From: Dehalococcoidia bacterium | GTDB taxonomy: Bacteria > Chloroflexota > Dehalococcoidia > SM23-28-2 | NCBI GenBank assembly: GCA_020356025.1 | Contig: CP070630.1 | Span: forward strand, 1,173,702 to 1,237,701 | Reading direction: 5' to 3' | Length of the DNA stretch: 64,000 nucleotides | Part shown: positions 43,343 through 54,410 of the stretch, in pieces | Numbering within the stretch: position 1 is the stretch's first letter | Layout of the letters: every line of letters starts with the position of its first letter | Notes under the pieces: model-generated | Told to the model about the DNA's origin: nothing | The model's input: only the letters and a program-made list of their open reading frames with translations | Database searches by the model: none | Made by a program: the position numbers and the translations under genes

Positions 43343-43510
43343 CTAGCTTTGGCGTCTGGCGTCTATTACGTATATACGCTATACGTAGCAGGTCGAAAGA
43401 CCCCAAAGTGACAACGGTCGGCGGATAATTGGGGATTGAAGCCCCACCGCCGTACTGGCTCAGAAATAAGGTTTTCGACCTTTTTTTGCTGTGTCTGAAG
43501 GGGAGAGGAT

Positions 43511-43933
43511 TTGCCGACAATAAATCAGTTGGTGCGGAAGGGGCGCAGGAAGCTGGTCAAGAAGACGAAGGCGCCAGCGCTGCGCTTTTCCTACAACGCT
43601 TTGAGGAACAGGATGGTCCGGGCGCAGGGGGCTCCTCAGAAGCGGGGTGTGTGCGTCCAGGTGCGGACGGTGACCCCCAAGAAGCCTAACTCCGCTCTGC
43701 GCAAGGTGGCGCGGGTGCGTCTGACCAACGGGATGGAAGTTACTGCCTACATTCCTGGCGAGGGGCACAGCCTTCAGGAGCACTCGGTGGTGCTGATCCG
43801 GGGAGGGCGAGTGAAGGATCTGCCGGGGGTGCGCTATCACATCATCCGGGGGGCCCTCGATTCCCAGGGGGTGGTGGGGCGGAAGCGTAGTCGCAGCAAG
43901 TACGGCACCCGTCGCACCGAGGAGCCCAGGTAG
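43511..43933 (+). CDS. rpsL: 30S ribosomal protein S12
   Basis: [13 protein letters not shown]...[22 protein letters not shown] start with a GGAGAGG SD. Confidence 0.95.
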   Translation: MPTINQLVRKGRRKLVKKTKAPALRFSYNALRNRMVRAQGAPQKRGVCVQVRTVTPKKPNSALRKVARVRLTNGMEVTAYIPGEGHSLQEHSVVLIRGGRVKDLPGVRYHIIRGALDSQGVVGRKRSRSKYGTRRTEEPR

Positions 43934-43946
43934 GAAAGGGAGAGCG

Positions 43947-44417
43947 ATGCCGAGGCGAGGGAAGGTCATCCGTAGGCGGGTGCCGCCTGATGCCAAGCAC
44001 AATAGCGTCTGGCTACAGATGTTCATAAACAAGCTGATGAAAGACGGCAGGAAGAGTACCGCCGAGCGGATCATGTACGACACCCTGGACATCATCGAGC
44101 AGCGGGCCCACCGGAACCCTGTGGAGGTATTCGAGCAGGCGATACGCAATGCCCGGCCTATTCTGGAGGTGCGGCCCCGGCGCGTAGGTGGTGCCACCTA
44201 TCAGATCCCGCTGGAGGTGCGGCCGGAGCGGCAGATGGCACTGGCTATACGCTGGCTCTTGATGGCGACGCGTGCTCGCACGGGGAGGCCCATGGCCGAG
44301 AGGCTAGCCGCTGAGCTGATGGATGCCGCCAGCGGCCAGGGTGTGACCATCAAGCGTCGCGACGACACCCACCGCATGGCCGAAGCCAATAGGGCCTTTG
44401 CCCACTACCGATGGTAA
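43947..44417 (+). CDS. rpsG: 30S ribosomal protein S7
   Basis: MPRRGKVIRRRVPPDAKH...FINKLMKDGRKSTAE...ANRAFAHYRW. Confidence 0.95.
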   Translation: MPRRGKVIRRRVPPDAKHNSVWLQMFINKLMKDGRKSTAERIMYDTLDIIEQRAHRNPVEVFEQAIRNARPILEVRPRRVGGATYQIPLEVRPERQMALAIRWLLMATRARTGRPMAERLAAELMDAASGQGVTIKRRDDTHRMAEANRAFAHYRW

Positions 44418-44486
44418 CCTCTGTGTAGCAGCCGCACCCATGAACGCTTAACGAATTCCCTCTCCTGATGATCTTGAGATAAAGCC

Positions 44487-46670
44487 ATGACTAGACCTGT
44501 GCCCATCGAGAAGGTTCGCAACATAGGAATCATTGCCCACATTGATGCGGGCAAGACGACCGTTACCGAGCGTGTCCTCTTCTACAGCGGCCGCACCTAC
44601 AAGATCGGCGAGGTGGACGAGGGGACGGCTGTGATGGATTGGATGACCCAGGAACGGGAGCGAGGGATCACTATCACGGCGGCCGCCACCACCTGCCAAT
44701 GGGCAGGGCACATGATCAACATCGTTGACACGCCCGGCCACGTGGACTTCACGGTGGAGGTGGAGCGCAGCCTGCGGGTCTTGGACGGCGGCATCGTCCT
44801 GTTCGACGCTGTGGCCGGCGTCCAGTCCCAGTCGGAGACGGTATGGCGCCAGGCCGATCGCTATCACATCCCCCGTATCTCTTTCGTGAACAAGATGGAC
44901 CGGGTGGGGGCGGACTTCTGGCGTACAGTGGACATGATCCACGACAGGCTGGTAGCGCGGCCGCTGCCCGTCCAGATCCCGCTGGGTGTGGAGGAGAAGC
45001 ATCTGGGGGTCATCGACTTGGTAGAAGAGGTGGTCTGGATCTTCCCCGGTGATAAGGACGAGGGGCCCGTCAAGGTTCCCCTGCCCGAGAGGTACGGCGA
45101 AGATCGCAACGGCTGGCCTGAGGAGTTCGTGGCTGCCTTGCCGCTGGCGGATGCAATAGCTCCAGGAGCAAGCGAGCTTATCATCAGCTCCCTGGAAGAA
45201 GCGAGGGTACGGCGGGAGGAACTCGTTGAGGCGGTGGCCGAGCTGGACGACCAGCTGCTCATCAGCTATATAGAAGGGCGGCACGTAGCAGCGGCTGAGC
45301 TGGACAAGGCCGTCCGCCGTGCCACTCTGGCCAACGTGGTCACTCCCGTTCTGTGCGGCAGCGCCATGCGCAACCGGGGCATCCAGCCCTTGCTGGACGC
45401 AGTGATCGACTACCTGCCGTCGCCAGTGGATGTGCCACCCATTAAGGGTGTGCATGCCAAGACAGGGGAGACGATCGAGCGCCAGGCTGCCGATGATGAG
45501 CCCTTCGCTGCGCTGGCTTTCAAGATCGTGGCCGACCCCTATGTGGGGCGCTTGGCCTATTTTCGGGTCTATTCCGGCAAGATTAGCCAGGGCTCTTCGG
45601 TCTACAATAGCACCCGCGGTGAACGGGAGCGCATCAGCCGCCTGCTGCGCATGCACGCCGAGCGGCGAGAGGACGTTCAGGAGACGTATGCAGGCGCCGT
45701 CGTGGCGGCGGTGGGCCTCAAGAAGACTTTCACTGGCGACACCCTCTGCGACAAGAGCCACCCCATCATCCTGGAGGCCATCAAGTTCCCCGAGCCGGTT
45801 ATCTCTATAGCCATCGAGCCGAGAACCAAAGACGACCAGGATCGCATGAGCGAAACCCTGGGGCGTCTGTCGGAGGAGGACCCCACTTTCCGCACCCGCT
45901 ATGACTCTGATACAGGCCAGACGATTATCTCCGGCATGGGGGAGCTTCATCTGGAGATCATCGTCGATCGCATGATGAAGGAATACCGGGTGAAGGCGAA
46001 CGTGGGCAAGCCGGAGGTGGCTTACAGGGAGGCGATCACGCGTCCGGCCAAGACCGAGGGTCGATTCATCCGCCAGACGGGCGGCCGCGGTCAGTACGGC
46101 GTGGTGGAGCTGGAGGTGGCTCCCCGCGAGCGGGGCGCTGGCTTCCAGTTCGCGAACAAGATCGTGGGCGCGGCCATCCCGCGAGAGTTCATCCCGCCGG
46201 TGGAGCAGGGGGTGAAGGAAGCGCTGGAGACAGGTGTCCTGGCAAACTATCCGGTGGTCGATGTGGAAGTGACGCTGGTGGATGGCAGCTATCATCCGGT
46301 GGACTCGTCTGAGCTGGCGTTTCGGATGGCCGGCTCGATGGCGGTGCGTCAGGCGCTGTCCCAGGCCAAGCCCATCTTGCTGGAGCCGATCATGGAGATA
46401 GAGGTGGCTACGCCGGAGCAGTTCTTCGGCGACGTGCTGGCCGACGTCAACGGGCGGCGTGGCCACGTTAGCATGGTGGACCAGCGGGGCCATATGCGGC
46501 TGATTCGGGCCTTGGTGCCGCTGGCCGAGACGTTTGGCTATGCCACCGGTTTGCGCTCCTTGACGCAAGGTCGGGCTACCTACACTATGGAGTTTGACCA
46601 CTACGAGGAGGTGCCGAGCTCAGTGGCGGAGGCGCTGCTGGGGCGGGTAAGAGGATACGTGAGAAGGTAG
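44487..46670 (+). CDS. fusA: Elongation factor G
   Basis: [23 protein letters not shown] and NKMDR, plus full five-domain length. Confidence 0.95.
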   Translation: MTRPVPIEKVRNIGIIAHIDAGKTTVTERVLFYSGRTYKIGEVDEGTAVMDWMTQERERGITITAAATTCQWAGHMINIVDTPGHVDFTVEVERSLRVLDGGIVLFDAVAGVQSQSETVWRQADRYHIPRISFVNKMDRVGADFWRTVDMIHDRLVARPLPVQIPLGVEEKHLGVIDLVEEVVWIFPGDKDEGPVKVPLPERYGEDRNGWPEEFVAALPLADAIAPGASELIISSLEEARVRREELVEAVAELDDQLLISYIEGRHVAAAELDKAVRRATLANVVTPVLCGSAMRNRGIQPLLDAVIDYLPSPVDVPPIKGVHAKTGETIERQAADDEPFAALAFKIVADPYVGRLAYFRVYSGKISQGSSVYNSTRGERERISRLLRMHAERREDVQETYAGAVVAAVGLKKTFTGDTLCDKSHPIILEAIKFPEPVISIAIEPRTKDDQDRMSETLGRLSEEDPTFRTRYDSDTGQTIISGMGELHLEIIVDRMMKEYRVKANVGKPEVAYREAITRPAKTEGRFIRQTGGRGQYGVVELEVAPRERGAGFQFANKIVGAAIPREFIPPVEQGVKEALETGVLANYPVVDVEVTLVDGSYHPVDSSELAFRMAGSMAVRQALSQAKPILLEPIMEIEVATPEQFFGDVLADVNGRRGHVSMVDQRGHMRLIRALVPLAETFGYATGLRSLTQGRATYTMEFDHYEEVPSSVAEALLGRVRGYVRR

Positions 46671-46673
46671 GGC

Positions 46674-46982
46674 ATGCCCAGACAGAAGATACGCATTCGG
46701 CTGAAGGCCTACGATCATCGAATCCTCGACCAGTCCGCCGTCCTCATCTGCGAGGCGGCGGAGAGGACGGGGGCGGTGGTGGCTGGCCCCGTGCCGCTGC
46801 CGACCGAGATCAGGAAGTTTTGTGTTATTCGCTCACCGCACGTCGACAAGGACTCGCGGGAGCAGTTCGAGATTCGGACTCATAAGAGGCTTATCGATAT
46901 TGTGGAGCCCACATCCAAGACGGTGGATGCGCTGATGCGCCTGCAAGTGCCTGCGGGTGTGGACATCGAGATCAAGCTGTAA
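46674..46982 (+). CDS. rpsJ: 30S ribosomal protein S10
   Basis: [18 protein letters not shown]...[24 protein letters not shown]. Confidence 0.95.
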   Translation: MPRQKIRIRLKAYDHRILDQSAVLICEAAERTGAVVAGPVPLPTEIRKFCVIRSPHVDKDSREQFEIRTHKRLIDIVEPTSKTVDALMRLQVPAGVDIEIKL

Positions 46983-46984
46983 TC

Positions 46985-48037
46985 ATGATCGAAGGACTTC
47001 TGGGCCGCAAGCTGGGCACGATGCAGGTCTTCGACCGAGACGGCACGGTGGTGCCGGTGACGGTCATCGAGACCGGGCCCTGCACTGTGCTTCAGGTGAA
47101 GACGAAGGACCGCGACGGCTATGAGGCCGTCCAGTTGGGCTTCGGGGTGCGAAGGCGAGCCAACGAGCCGATGAAGGGGCACTTCAAGGGCTTGGGCTCG
47201 TTCCGCTACCTGCGGGAGTTTCGGGTGGACGAGATCAGCCAGTGGGAGGTGGGCCAGCGAGTGGGCGCAGAGGTCTTCGAGCCCGGCGATCTGGTGGACG
47301 TGAGCGGCATCTCCAAGGGCCGTGGTTTCGCTGGCGTGGTGAAGCGCCACGGCTTCCGTGGCGGGCCCAAGACTCACGGCCAGTCGGACCGCTATCGCTC
47401 CCCCGGATCCATTGGAGCCAGCGCCAGCCCCTCGCGGGTGATCAAGGGCCTGAAGATGGCCGGCCACATGGGTGCCGTGAAGGTGACGGTGCGCAACTTA
47501 GAGGTGGTGGACTCCAATCCGGCCCGAGGCGTGATCATGGTCAAGGGCTCCGTGCCTGGGGCTAAGGACGGCCTTCTGAGGATTCGGGTGGCGCGCAAGC
47601 AAGCTGTGAAGCGGAGGGTGGTCGAGAGGAAGGCTGAAGAGCCTCCGGTTGAAGAGGCGCCGACTGAAGAGCCGGTGGCCGAGGAGGCGAAAGCCGAAGA
47701 AGCGCCGGTCGAAGAGCCGTCGGTTGAGGAGGCGAAGGCCGAAGAGGCGCCAGCCGAGGAGCCGGTGGCTGAGGAGGCGAAGGCCGAGGAAGCGACGGTC
47801 GAAGAGCCGGTGGCCGAGGAGGCGAAGGCCGAGGAAGCGCCGGTCGAAGAGCCGGTGGCTGAGGAGGCGAAGGCCGAGGAAGCGACGGTCGAAGAGCCGG
47901 TGGCCGAGGAGGCGAAGGCCGAGGAAGCGCCGGTCGAAGAGCCTCCGGCTGAGGAGGCGAAGGCCGAGGAAGCGCCAGCCGAAGAGCTTCCGGCTGAGGA
48001 TACTGAGGGCGAGGATACGGAGGGCAAGCAGTCGTGA
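46985..48037 (+). CDS. rplC: 50S ribosomal protein L3 with about 140-aa acidic tandem-repeat C-terminal extension
   Basis: [14 protein letters not shown]...[19 protein letters not shown] is canonical L3 to about residue 205. It is followed by a degenerate copy plus 7 clear 15-aa repeats of [15 protein letters not shown] type. Confidence 0.9.
   Translation: MIEGLLGRKLGTMQVFDRDGTVVPVTVIETGPCTVLQVKTKDRDGYEAVQLGFGVRRRANEPMKGHFKGLGSFRYLREFRVDEISQWEVGQRVGAEVFEPGDLVDVSGISKGRGFAGVVKRHGFRGGPKTHGQSDRYRSPGSIGASASPSRVIKGLKMAGHMGAVKVTVRNLEVVDSNPARGVIMVKGSVPGAKDGLLRIRVARKQAVKRRVVERKAEEPPVEEAPTEEPVAEEAKAEEAPVEEPSVEEAKAEEAPAEEPVAEEAKAEEATVEEPVAEEAKAEEAPVEEPVAEEAKAEEATVEEPVAEEAKAEEAPVEEPPAEEAKAEEAPAEELPAEDTEGEDTEGKQS
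47681..47995 (+). repeat. In-frame 45-nt tandem repeat, 7 copies, inside rplC
   Basis: Units start at 47681, 47726, 47771, 47816, 47861, 47906 and 47951 (GAGGAGGCGAAGGCCGAGGAAGCGCCGGTCGAAGAGCCGGTGGCT type). Units 3 and 5 read identically, and a degenerate copy precedes at about 47636. Confidence 0.9.
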
Positions 48038-48717
48038 AGCTTCCCGTATACAGCGCCCAGGGAGCGAAGTTGAAGCCGATCACAGTGGACGATCAGGTAT
48101 TCGCCATGAAGCCTAACCTGGCGGTGGTGCATCAGGCCTTTGTGGCTCAGCAGGCCAATCAGCGGGCTGGCAGCGCCAGCACGAAGACGCGGAGCGAGAA
48201 GCGGGGCAGCACTGCTAAGGTGCGCATACAGAAGGGGACTGGCCGGGCGCGTCAGGGGCCGAATCGCGCGCCCCACCGTCGGGGCGGCGGTGTCGCCTTC
48301 GGGCCTAAGCCTCGCAGCTATCGCCAGGCGCTGCCCAAGCGCATGAAGCGGCTGGCCATCCGCTCGGTCCTATCGGGCAAGGTGGCCGACGGCCGCCTGA
48401 TGGTGGTCAAGGAGCTGGCTCTGGAGAAGCCGCACACCAAGGACATGGTGAGCGTACTGACAAACATCGGCATCGAGCGCTCGGCCCTCATCGTCACCGG
48501 CGAGCCGGACCGGGGCGTGCACATGAGCGCCCGCAACATAGCAAAGACGAAGGTTCTGCCCGCCGACTACCTCAACGTGGTGGACATGATCACGCATCGC
48601 GATCTGGTGATGACGGTGGCGGCGGTGCGCCGCTGCGAGGCCCTTTGGGGCGGCGATCGCGTCGGGCAGCGGCGGCCAAGGACGGGCGTGGCTGCCGGTG
48701 GGCAGGAGGCGAGCTAG
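48034..48717 (+). CDS. rplD: 50S ribosomal protein L4
   Basis: Position in the S10 operon, plus ...GTGRARQG....[13 protein letters not shown]. Confidence 0.95.
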   Translation: MKLPVYSAQGAKLKPITVDDQVFAMKPNLAVVHQAFVAQQANQRAGSASTKTRSEKRGSTAKVRIQKGTGRARQGPNRAPHRRGGGVAFGPKPRSYRQALPKRMKRLAIRSVLSGKVADGRLMVVKELALEKPHTKDMVSVLTNIGIERSALIVTGEPDRGVHMSARNIAKTKVLPADYLNVVDMITHRDLVMTVAAVRRCEALWGGDRVGQRRPRTGVAAGGQEAS

Positions 48718-48718
48718 G

Positions 48719-49015
48719 ATGCCCAAGGCCCTTCACCCCTACGACATAATTGAGCAGCCCCTAATGACTGAGAAGGGGAGCTACCTGCTGGCCGAGGACA
48801 AGTATGCTTTCCGGGTGGCGAGAGGAGCCAACAAGACCCAGATCAAGCAGGCGGTGGAGAAGGCCTTCGACGTGCGGGTGACGGCGGTTAACGTGATGAA
48901 CGTGAGGGGTAAGCAGCGACGGTGGGGCAGAAGGCAAGTGGTCAGTCCCACCTGGAAGAAGGCTATTGTCACGCTGGCACCAGGGGACAAGATCGAGCTG
49001 TTCGAGGGCGTGTAG
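48719..49015 (+). CDS. rplW: 50S ribosomal protein L23
   Basis: [20 protein letters not shown]...[25 protein letters not shown] lies 1 nt after the rplD stop. Confidence 0.95.
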   Translation: MPKALHPYDIIEQPLMTEKGSYLLAEDKYAFRVARGANKTQIKQAVEKAFDVRVTAVNVMNVRGKQRRWGRRQVVSPTWKKAIVTLAPGDKIELFEGV

Positions 49016-49017
49016 AG

Positions 49018-49848
49018 ATGGGGATTAAGCAGTACAAGCCTACCTCTCCCGGCCGACGGGGAGCGACCGGCTACACCTTCGAGGAGATAACCAAGAGGAA
49101 GCCGGAGAAGTCTCTGACGGTGCCTCTGAAGAAGAAGGCTGGTCGCAATCGTCAGGGGCGGATCACCGTGCGCCACCGCGGCGGCGGCGCCAAGCGGATG
49201 CTGCGCCTGATCGACTTCAAGCGGGACAACTTTGGCGTGCCGGGCAAAGTGGCAGCCATCGAATACGACCCCAACCGCTCGGCGCGCATCGCTCTCATCC
49301 ACTACGCGGACGGCGACAAGCGCTACATCCTCTGGCCGGTGGGCCTGAAGGTGGGAGATACGGTGATGTGTGGCCCCGAGGCGGAAATACGGCCGGGCAA
49401 TGCTCTGCCCCTGAGGAGGATACCGTTGGGCACGGCGGTGCACAACGTGGAGCTAGCCTTGAAGCGGGGTGGCCAACTGGTGCGCAGTGCCGGCGGCTCT
49501 GCCCAGGTGATGGCCAAGGAGGAGCGATACGTGCTCGTGCGGCTGCCCTCGGGGGAGATACGCAAGATCCTGGCGGACTGCCTGGCGACTATCGGGCAGG
49601 TGGGCAACGTTGAGCACAGTCAGATCAAGCTCGGCCGGGCAGGACGTGCCCGCCTCATGGGGAGGCGGCCCACGGTGCGCGGCTCGGCCATGAGCCCGCG
49701 GGATCACCCTCACGGCGGCGGCGAGGGCAAGTCGCCCATCGGTATGCCTGGGCCGAAGACGCCGTGGGGCAAGCCGGCGCTGGGTTATCGTACGCGCCGG
49801 CGCAAGGGCAGCGACAAGTACATTGTGCGACGTCGCCGTGGCAGGTAG
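49018..49848 (+). CDS. rplB: 50S ribosomal protein L2
   Basis: [15 protein letters not shown] and [17 protein letters not shown] prefer ATG 49018. Confidence 0.95.
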   Translation: MGIKQYKPTSPGRRGATGYTFEEITKRKPEKSLTVPLKKKAGRNRQGRITVRHRGGGAKRMLRLIDFKRDNFGVPGKVAAIEYDPNRSARIALIHYADGDKRYILWPVGLKVGDTVMCGPEAEIRPGNALPLRRIPLGTAVHNVELALKRGGQLVRSAGGSAQVMAKEERYVLVRLPSGEIRKILADCLATIGQVGNVEHSQIKLGRAGRARLMGRRPTVRGSAMSPRDHPHGGGEGKSPIGMPGPKTPWGKPALGYRTRRRKGSDKYIVRRRRGR

Positions 49849-49858
49849 GGGGTAAGCG

Positions 49859-50149
49859 TTGACCAGATCGACCAAGAAGGGGCCATTCATAGAAGCCAAG
49901 CTGGCGAAGAGGGTCGAGGCGGTGCAGCTGTCAGGCGAGAAGGCAGTCATTCGCACCTGGTCGCGGGCGTCCACTATCATGCCTCGGATGGTCGGGCTGA
50001 CCATCGCTGTGTACGACGGTCGGCGCCATGTGCCTATCTTTATCACTGAGAACATGGTCGGCCATCGCTTGGGAGAGTTCGCCCTGACGCGCACCTTCCG
50101 CGGCCACGGTGGCCGATCGGAGAAGTTCACCAAGGTTCAGCGACGGTAG
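49859..50149 (+). CDS. rpsS: 30S ribosomal protein S19
   Basis: [10 protein letters not shown]...[32 protein letters not shown]. Confidence 0.95.
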   Translation: MTRSTKKGPFIEAKLAKRVEAVQLSGEKAVIRTWSRASTIMPRMVGLTIAVYDGRRHVPIFITENMVGHRLGEFALTRTFRGHGGRSEKFTKVQRR

Positions 50150-50158
50150 GGACGTAGT

Positions 50159-50497
50159 ATGCAGGTGAAAGCCGTAGCCAGGAACGTAGGCGTATCGCCT
50201 AAGAAGATACGGCTGGTGCTCCAGCAGTTGCCGGGCAGGAGCACGACCGAGATTCTTGCCCGTCTGCGTCACATGCCGTCACCTCATGCCAGGGTGGTGG
50301 CCAAGGTGGTGCGGTCGGCAGTAGCGAACGCCGAGAACAACTACCAGATAGACCCCCGTTACCTGCGAGTCATCGCTGCCTATGCTGGCGATGCGCCGGT
50401 GGTGAAGCGATGGCGGGCGCGCCCCCGCGGACGGGCTTCTCCCATCCTGAAGCGACGCAGCCACGTTACGATTGTAGTAGAGGAGGTTGGAGGCTAG
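50159..50497 (+). CDS. rplV: 50S ribosomal protein L22
   Basis: [20 protein letters not shown]...[25 protein letters not shown]. Confidence 0.95.
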   Translation: MQVKAVARNVGVSPKKIRLVLQQLPGRSTTEILARLRHMPSPHARVVAKVVRSAVANAENNYQIDPRYLRVIAAYAGDAPVVKRWRARPRGRASPILKRRSHVTIVVEEVGG

Positions 50498-50498
50498 C

Positions 50499-51179
50499 AT
50501 GGGTCAGAAGGTTCATCCTCACGGCTTTCGCCTCGGCTATCTCTACGGCTGGAAGAGCAGGTGGTTCGCCGAGAAGGCCTACACCGACCTTCTGCACGAG
50601 GACCTGACAATCCGGCAGGTGCTCAGCCGAATGCTGACCGACGCCGGCGTGTCCAATGTGGAGATCGACCGTAACGCCAACCAGGTGACGGTGACCATTC
50701 ACACGGCGCGGCCGGGCATCGTGATCGGCCGCGGCGGTCAGCGGGTGGACGAGGTGCGCAAGGAGCTGGAGGGGCTGACGGGACGGCGGATGCGGGTGAA
50801 CATCGTCGAGATCCGCATGCCGGAGATGGACGCTACCCTGGTGGCCAGGGCGGTGGCAGATCAGTTGGAGCGGCGAGTGTCGCATCGGCGAGCGATGAAG
50901 CAAACGGTGGCCCGAACTATGCAACGGGGGGTCGAGGGCATCAAGATCAGGGTGTCGGGGCGTCTGGGCGGCAGCGAGATGTCGCGCACGGACATGGAGA
51001 TGGTGGGGCGAGTGCCTTTGCATACCCTGAAAGCGGACATCGACTACGGCACTGCCGAGGCCCACACCACGCTCGGCCGCATCGGCGTCAAGGTTTGGAT
51101 TTATAAGGGCGATATTGTGCCCGAGGCCAGGGAACGAATGGAAGAGGAGGAATCTCCCTCGCCGAGTGCTGGGGAGTGA
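50499..51179 (+). CDS. rpsC: 30S ribosomal protein S3
   Basis: [13 protein letters not shown], the KH domain, and [10 protein letters not shown]. Confidence 0.95.
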   Translation: MGQKVHPHGFRLGYLYGWKSRWFAEKAYTDLLHEDLTIRQVLSRMLTDAGVSNVEIDRNANQVTVTIHTARPGIVIGRGGQRVDEVRKELEGLTGRRMRVNIVEIRMPEMDATLVARAVADQLERRVSHRRAMKQTVARTMQRGVEGIKIRVSGRLGGSEMSRTDMEMVGRVPLHTLKADIDYGTAEAHTTLGRIGVKVWIYKGDIVPEARERMEEEESPSPSAGE

Positions 51180-51185
51180 GCGGCC

Positions 51186-51611
51186 ATGCTGCAACCTAAG
51201 CGAGTGAAACATCGGAAGGTTCATCGAGGCCGGCGCAGAGGCAAAGCCAATGCCGGCAACAGGCTGACGTTCGGCGAGTTCGGGCTCCAGGCGCTGGGAT
51301 GCACCTGGATAACCGCACGCCAGATCGAGGCTGCGCGTCGCGCTATCACCCACCACATGCGCCGTGGCGGCAAGGTGTGGATCTGCATCTTCCCCGACAA
51401 GTCCGTCACCAAGAAGGCAGCGGAGACGCGCATGGGTAGCGGCAAGGCTGCCCCCGACCACTGGGTGGCGGTGGTCAAGCCGGGGAGGATTCTGTTCGAG
51501 ATCGCTGGTGTGCAGGAGGACGTGGCACGGGAGGCCATGCGGCTGGCGTCGCACAAGCTGCCAATTCCCACGCGGGTGGTGGCTCGCGAGGCGACGGCCT
51601 TGAGGGGATAG
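51186..51611 (+). CDS. rplP: 50S ribosomal protein L16
   Basis: [16 protein letters not shown]...[13 protein letters not shown]. Confidence 0.95.
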   Translation: MLQPKRVKHRKVHRGRRRGKANAGNRLTFGEFGLQALGCTWITARQIEAARRAITHHMRRGGKVWICIFPDKSVTKKAAETRMGSGKAAPDHWVAVVKPGRILFEIAGVQEDVAREAMRLASHKLPIPTRVVAREATALRG

Positions 51612-51613
51612 CG

Positions 51614-51844
51614 GTGACAAGGGTCAACCGAAAGGCTGATGAGATTCGCCACCTGTCCGATGGCGACCTGGCCAAGGAGATGGAGGAGGCGCACCGCCGT
51701 CTCTTCTCGTTGCGCCTGCGCTGGATGACCCGCCAGGAGTCCAACTACCGGCAGATCAAACAGATCAAGCGGCGGATTGCTCGGCTGAAGACGATCCAGA
51801 AGGAGCGGCAGTTGGCCGCGCAGGTGGCTGCCGAGAAGGGGTAG
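51614..51844 (+). CDS. rpmC: 50S ribosomal protein L29
   Basis: Position and length fit, plus ...[29 protein letters not shown] start. Confidence 0.9.
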   Translation: MTRVNRKADEIRHLSDGDLAKEMEEAHRRLFSLRLRWMTRQESNYRQIKQIKRRIARLKTIQKERQLAAQVAAEKG

Positions 51845-51845
51845 G

Positions 51846-52532
51846 ATGGCGAAAGTCAGCTACGGTCGCCAGAAGACCCGTGTGGGGGTGGTAGTCAAAG
51901 ACAAGATGTCGAAGACGGTGGTGGTGGCGGTGGGAGCCATCAAGCGACATCGATTGTACAAGAAGATCATGCGGCGGGTGACGCGCTATAAGGCACACGA
52001 CGAGGAGAACGCCTGTCGGGTGGGCGATAGGGTGCTCATCGTGGAGACGCGGCCCCTATCGCGGGACAAGCGCTGGCGGGTGGCCGAGATCCTGGCGACC
52101 GCTGCCCTGCCTGAGGAGGAGAAGGCCATCATCGAGGAAGAGGTGGCTGAGGAAGTGAGGGAGCTGGACGAGGCAATAGCTGCTGAAGCCGCGGCAGCAG
52201 AAGAAGAGGCGGCACGAGCGGCGGCGGAGGCAGCGGCGGCAGAAGAAGAGGCGTCTGAGGCTGCGGAAGAAGAAGAGCCGCCGGCAGAGGAAGAGGCGCC
52301 GGAGGCTGAGGAGGAAGAGCAGCCGCCGGTAGAGGAAGAGGCGCCTGAGGCTGAGGAAGAGGAGCAGCCGCCGGCAGAGGAAGAGACGCCTGAGGCCGAG
52401 GAGGAAGAGCAGCCGCCGGCAGAGGAAGAGGCGCCGGAGGCTGCGGAAGAAGAAGAGCCGCCGGCAGAAGAAGAGGAACCGAAGGCTGAAGAGGAAGAGC
52501 AGTCTGAGAAGGAAGAAACGCAGAAATCATGA
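51846..52532 (+). CDS. rpsQ: 30S ribosomal protein S17 with about 135-aa acidic tandem-repeat C-terminal extension
   Basis: [16 protein letters not shown]...[37 protein letters not shown] is canonical S17 (about 90 aa). Glu/Ala/Pro repeats [15 protein letters not shown] follow. Confidence 0.9.
   Translation: MAKVSYGRQKTRVGVVVKDKMSKTVVVAVGAIKRHRLYKKIMRRVTRYKAHDEENACRVGDRVLIVETRPLSRDKRWRVAEILATAALPEEEKAIIEEEVAEEVRELDEAIAAEAAAAEEEAARAAAEAAAAEEEASEAAEEEEPPAEEEAPEAEEEEQPPVEEEAPEAEEEEQPPAEEETPEAEEEEQPPAEEEAPEAAEEEEPPAEEEEPKAEEEEQSEKEETQKS
52255..52500 (+). repeat. In-frame 45-nt tandem repeat (about 5 copies) inside rpsQ
   Basis: GCCGCCGG(C/T)AGAGG recurs at 52277, 52322, 52367, 52412 and 52457, an exact 45-nt period. 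Confidence 0.85.
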
Positions 52533-52897
52533 TCCAGTCGTCTACGCGCCTCAAGGTTGCCGACAACACTGGCGCCCGCCAGATCATGTGCATTCGGGTG
52601 TTGGGTGGCTCACGCCGTCGGTATGCCCGCGTGGGCGACGTTTTTGTGGGTACGATCAAGCAGGCTGTACCCGGCTCATCAGTGAAGAAGGGCGAGGTGG
52701 TTAGAGCAGTGGTGGTGCGGGTGGCCAAGGGGTACGGCCGGCCGGATGGCAGTCACATCCGCTTCGATGAGAACGCGGCTGTCATCCTGGCTGATAACTG
52801 GAATCCGAGGGGCACGCGCATCTTCGGGCCGGTGGCTCGCGAGCTGCGGGAGAGGAACTTCATGAAGATCGTGTCCCTGGCACCGGAAGTGGTGTAG
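52529..52897 (+). CDS. rplN: 50S ribosomal protein L14
   Basis: [21 protein letters not shown] overlap with rpsQ. Confidence 0.95.
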   Translation: MIQSSTRLKVADNTGARQIMCIRVLGGSRRRYARVGDVFVGTIKQAVPGSSVKKGEVVRAVVVRVAKGYGRPDGSHIRFDENAAVILADNWNPRGTRIFGPVARELRERNFMKIVSLAPEVV

Positions 52898-52899
52898 TC

Positions 52900-53211
52900 A
52901 TGGCCAAGATCAGGCGCGAGGACACAGTGCTGGTCATCAAGGGCAAAGAGAGGGGTAAGACGGGCGTGGTTCGCCAGGTGGTGCCGCGTCAGAGGCGGGT
53001 GATTGTCACCGGTGTGAATATAGTGAAGCGTCACATGCGACCGCGCGCCGATCGCCCTGGAGGGATCATCGAAAGGGAGGCGCCCATCCACGTGTCTAAC
53101 GTCATGGTCATCTGCAAGAGCTGCAGCAAGCCGACGCGGGTGGGGTTTCGCTTCCGTGATGGCGGCGGTAAGGTGCGCTTCTGCCACCAGTGCGATCAGC
53201 CTCTGGACTAG
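52900..53211 (+). CDS. rplX: 50S ribosomal protein L24
   Basis: [22 protein letters not shown] (KOW motif), plus position. Confidence 0.95.
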   Translation: MAKIRREDTVLVIKGKERGKTGVVRQVVPRQRRVIVTGVNIVKRHMRPRADRPGGIIEREAPIHVSNVMVICKSCSKPTRVGFRFRDGGGKVRFCHQCDQPLD

Positions 53212-53222
53212 GAGTAGTAGCG

Positions 53223-53768
53223 ATGGCACCCCGGCTGAAGGAGCGATATCGAGAGGAAGTGGTGGCGGCTCTTGTGAAGGAGTTCGGATACAAGAACGTA
53301 ATGCAGGCGCCGCGCTTGGAGAAGATCGTGCTGAACGTGGGCATGGGGGAGGCACTCCAGAACCCGAAGGCGCTGGACTCGGCGGCTGAGGACGCGGCCA
53401 CGATCACAGGGCAGAGGCCGGTGATCACGCATGCTAAGAAGTCCATCGCGGCCTTCAAGATCCGCAAGGGGATGGCTGTCGGTCTTACGGTGACGGTGCG
53501 GGGTGACCGCATGTACGAGCTGTTCGACCGTATGGTGAACGCCGCTTTGCCCCGCATTCGCGACTTTCAGGGGGTGTCGCCCTACTCGTTCGATGGGCGC
53601 GGCAACTACAGCCTGGGCATCAAGGAGCAGTTGATCTTTCCCGAGGTGGACTACGATAAGATCGATCGAATTCGCGGCTTTCAGATAACGGTGGTAACCA
53701 CCGCCAGGAGCGATGAGGAGGGCAAGCGGCTGCTGGAGCTGTTGGGCATGCCTTTCGCCCGTAGCTGA
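53223..53768 (+). CDS. rplE: 50S ribosomal protein L5
   Basis: [41 protein letters not shown] prefer ATG 53223. Confidence 0.95.
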   Translation: MAPRLKERYREEVVAALVKEFGYKNVMQAPRLEKIVLNVGMGEALQNPKALDSAAEDAATITGQRPVITHAKKSIAAFKIRKGMAVGLTVTVRGDRMYELFDRMVNAALPRIRDFQGVSPYSFDGRGNYSLGIKEQLIFPEVDYDKIDRIRGFQITVVTTARSDEEGKRLLELLGMPFARS

Positions 53769-53803
53769 GCCTGCTTGGAGGCAGGCAGGGCAAGGAGGGA
53801 GCG

Positions 53804-53992
53804 TTGACCCGTAAGGCCCTTTACGTTAAGGCCTTCTACAAGGAACCGAAATACAAGGTGCGGCGGATTAATCGCTGCAGGCTGTGCGGGCGGCCGCGGG
53901 CCTACATGCGGCGGTTTGCCCTCTGCCGTATCTGCTTCCGCGAGCTGGCGCTAGAGGGCAAATTGCCCGGGGTCAAGAAATCCAGTTGGTAG
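53804..53992 (+). CDS. rpsN: 30S ribosomal protein S14, zinc-binding type Z (61 aa)
   Basis: [26 protein letters not shown] (CxxC...CxxC). Confidence 0.95.
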   Translation: MTRKALYVKAFYKEPKYKVRRINRCRLCGRPRAYMRRFALCRICFRELALEGKLPGVKKSSW

Positions 53993-54004
53993 GGAGTGAT
54001 ACAT

Positions 54005-54397
54005 ATGGTGACCGACCCCATCGCCGATTTGCTGACGCGCATTCGCAATGCGCTGGTGGCCAGGCACGAGTCCGTTCAGGTGCCGGCCTCCAAAATGAAG
54101 ATCGCTATCGCGAAGGTGCTGAAGGAAGAGGGGTTTATTAAGGACTTCGAGGTAGTGCCTGAGGGCGTCAAGAGGACCGTGCGCATCAATCTGGCTTACA
54201 GCGGCAAGGATCCCAGTATCAGCGGTCTGCGGCGGGTAAGCAGGCCCGGCCTGAGGGTGTATGTGCAGAAACGGGAGATCCCGCGCGTGTATGGCGGCTT
54301 GGGCATCGCCATTCTCACCACTCCCCAGGGGGTGATGACTGGACAGGAAGCCTGGCGCCGGCAGGTGGGTGGCGAGGTCCTCTGCTACGTATGGTAA
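54005..54397 (+). CDS. rpsH: 30S ribosomal protein S8
   Basis: [21 protein letters not shown] lies 8 nt upstream of ATG 54005. Confidence 0.95.
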   Translation: MVTDPIADLLTRIRNALVARHESVQVPASKMKIAIAKVLKEEGFIKDFEVVPEGVKRTVRINLAYSGKDPSISGLRRVSRPGLRVYVQKREIPRVYGGLGIAILTTPQGVMTGQEAWRRQVGGEVLCYVW

Positions 54398-54410
54398 GGG
54401 ATAGGCGGTA

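Noticed and set aside
43419-43452. tRNA T-arm-like hairpin UGGGG-AUUGAAG-CCCCA flanked by GGCGG/CCGCC
   Set aside because: The loop lacks the UUC(R)A T-loop consensus, and the complementary arm lies immediately adjacent, so no cloverleaf can be drawn. It is just a nested hairpin.
44448-46601. 717-aa minus-strand ORF
   Set aside because: Antisense shadow of fusA (EF-G), with junk composition.
47636-52500. Regular 45-nt (and, at 27534, 36-nt) direct repeats considered as CRISPR-like arrays
   Set aside because: The repeats are contiguous with no spacers, in frame, and inside the rplC, rpsQ and rplI reading frames. They are coding tandem repeats, not CRISPR.
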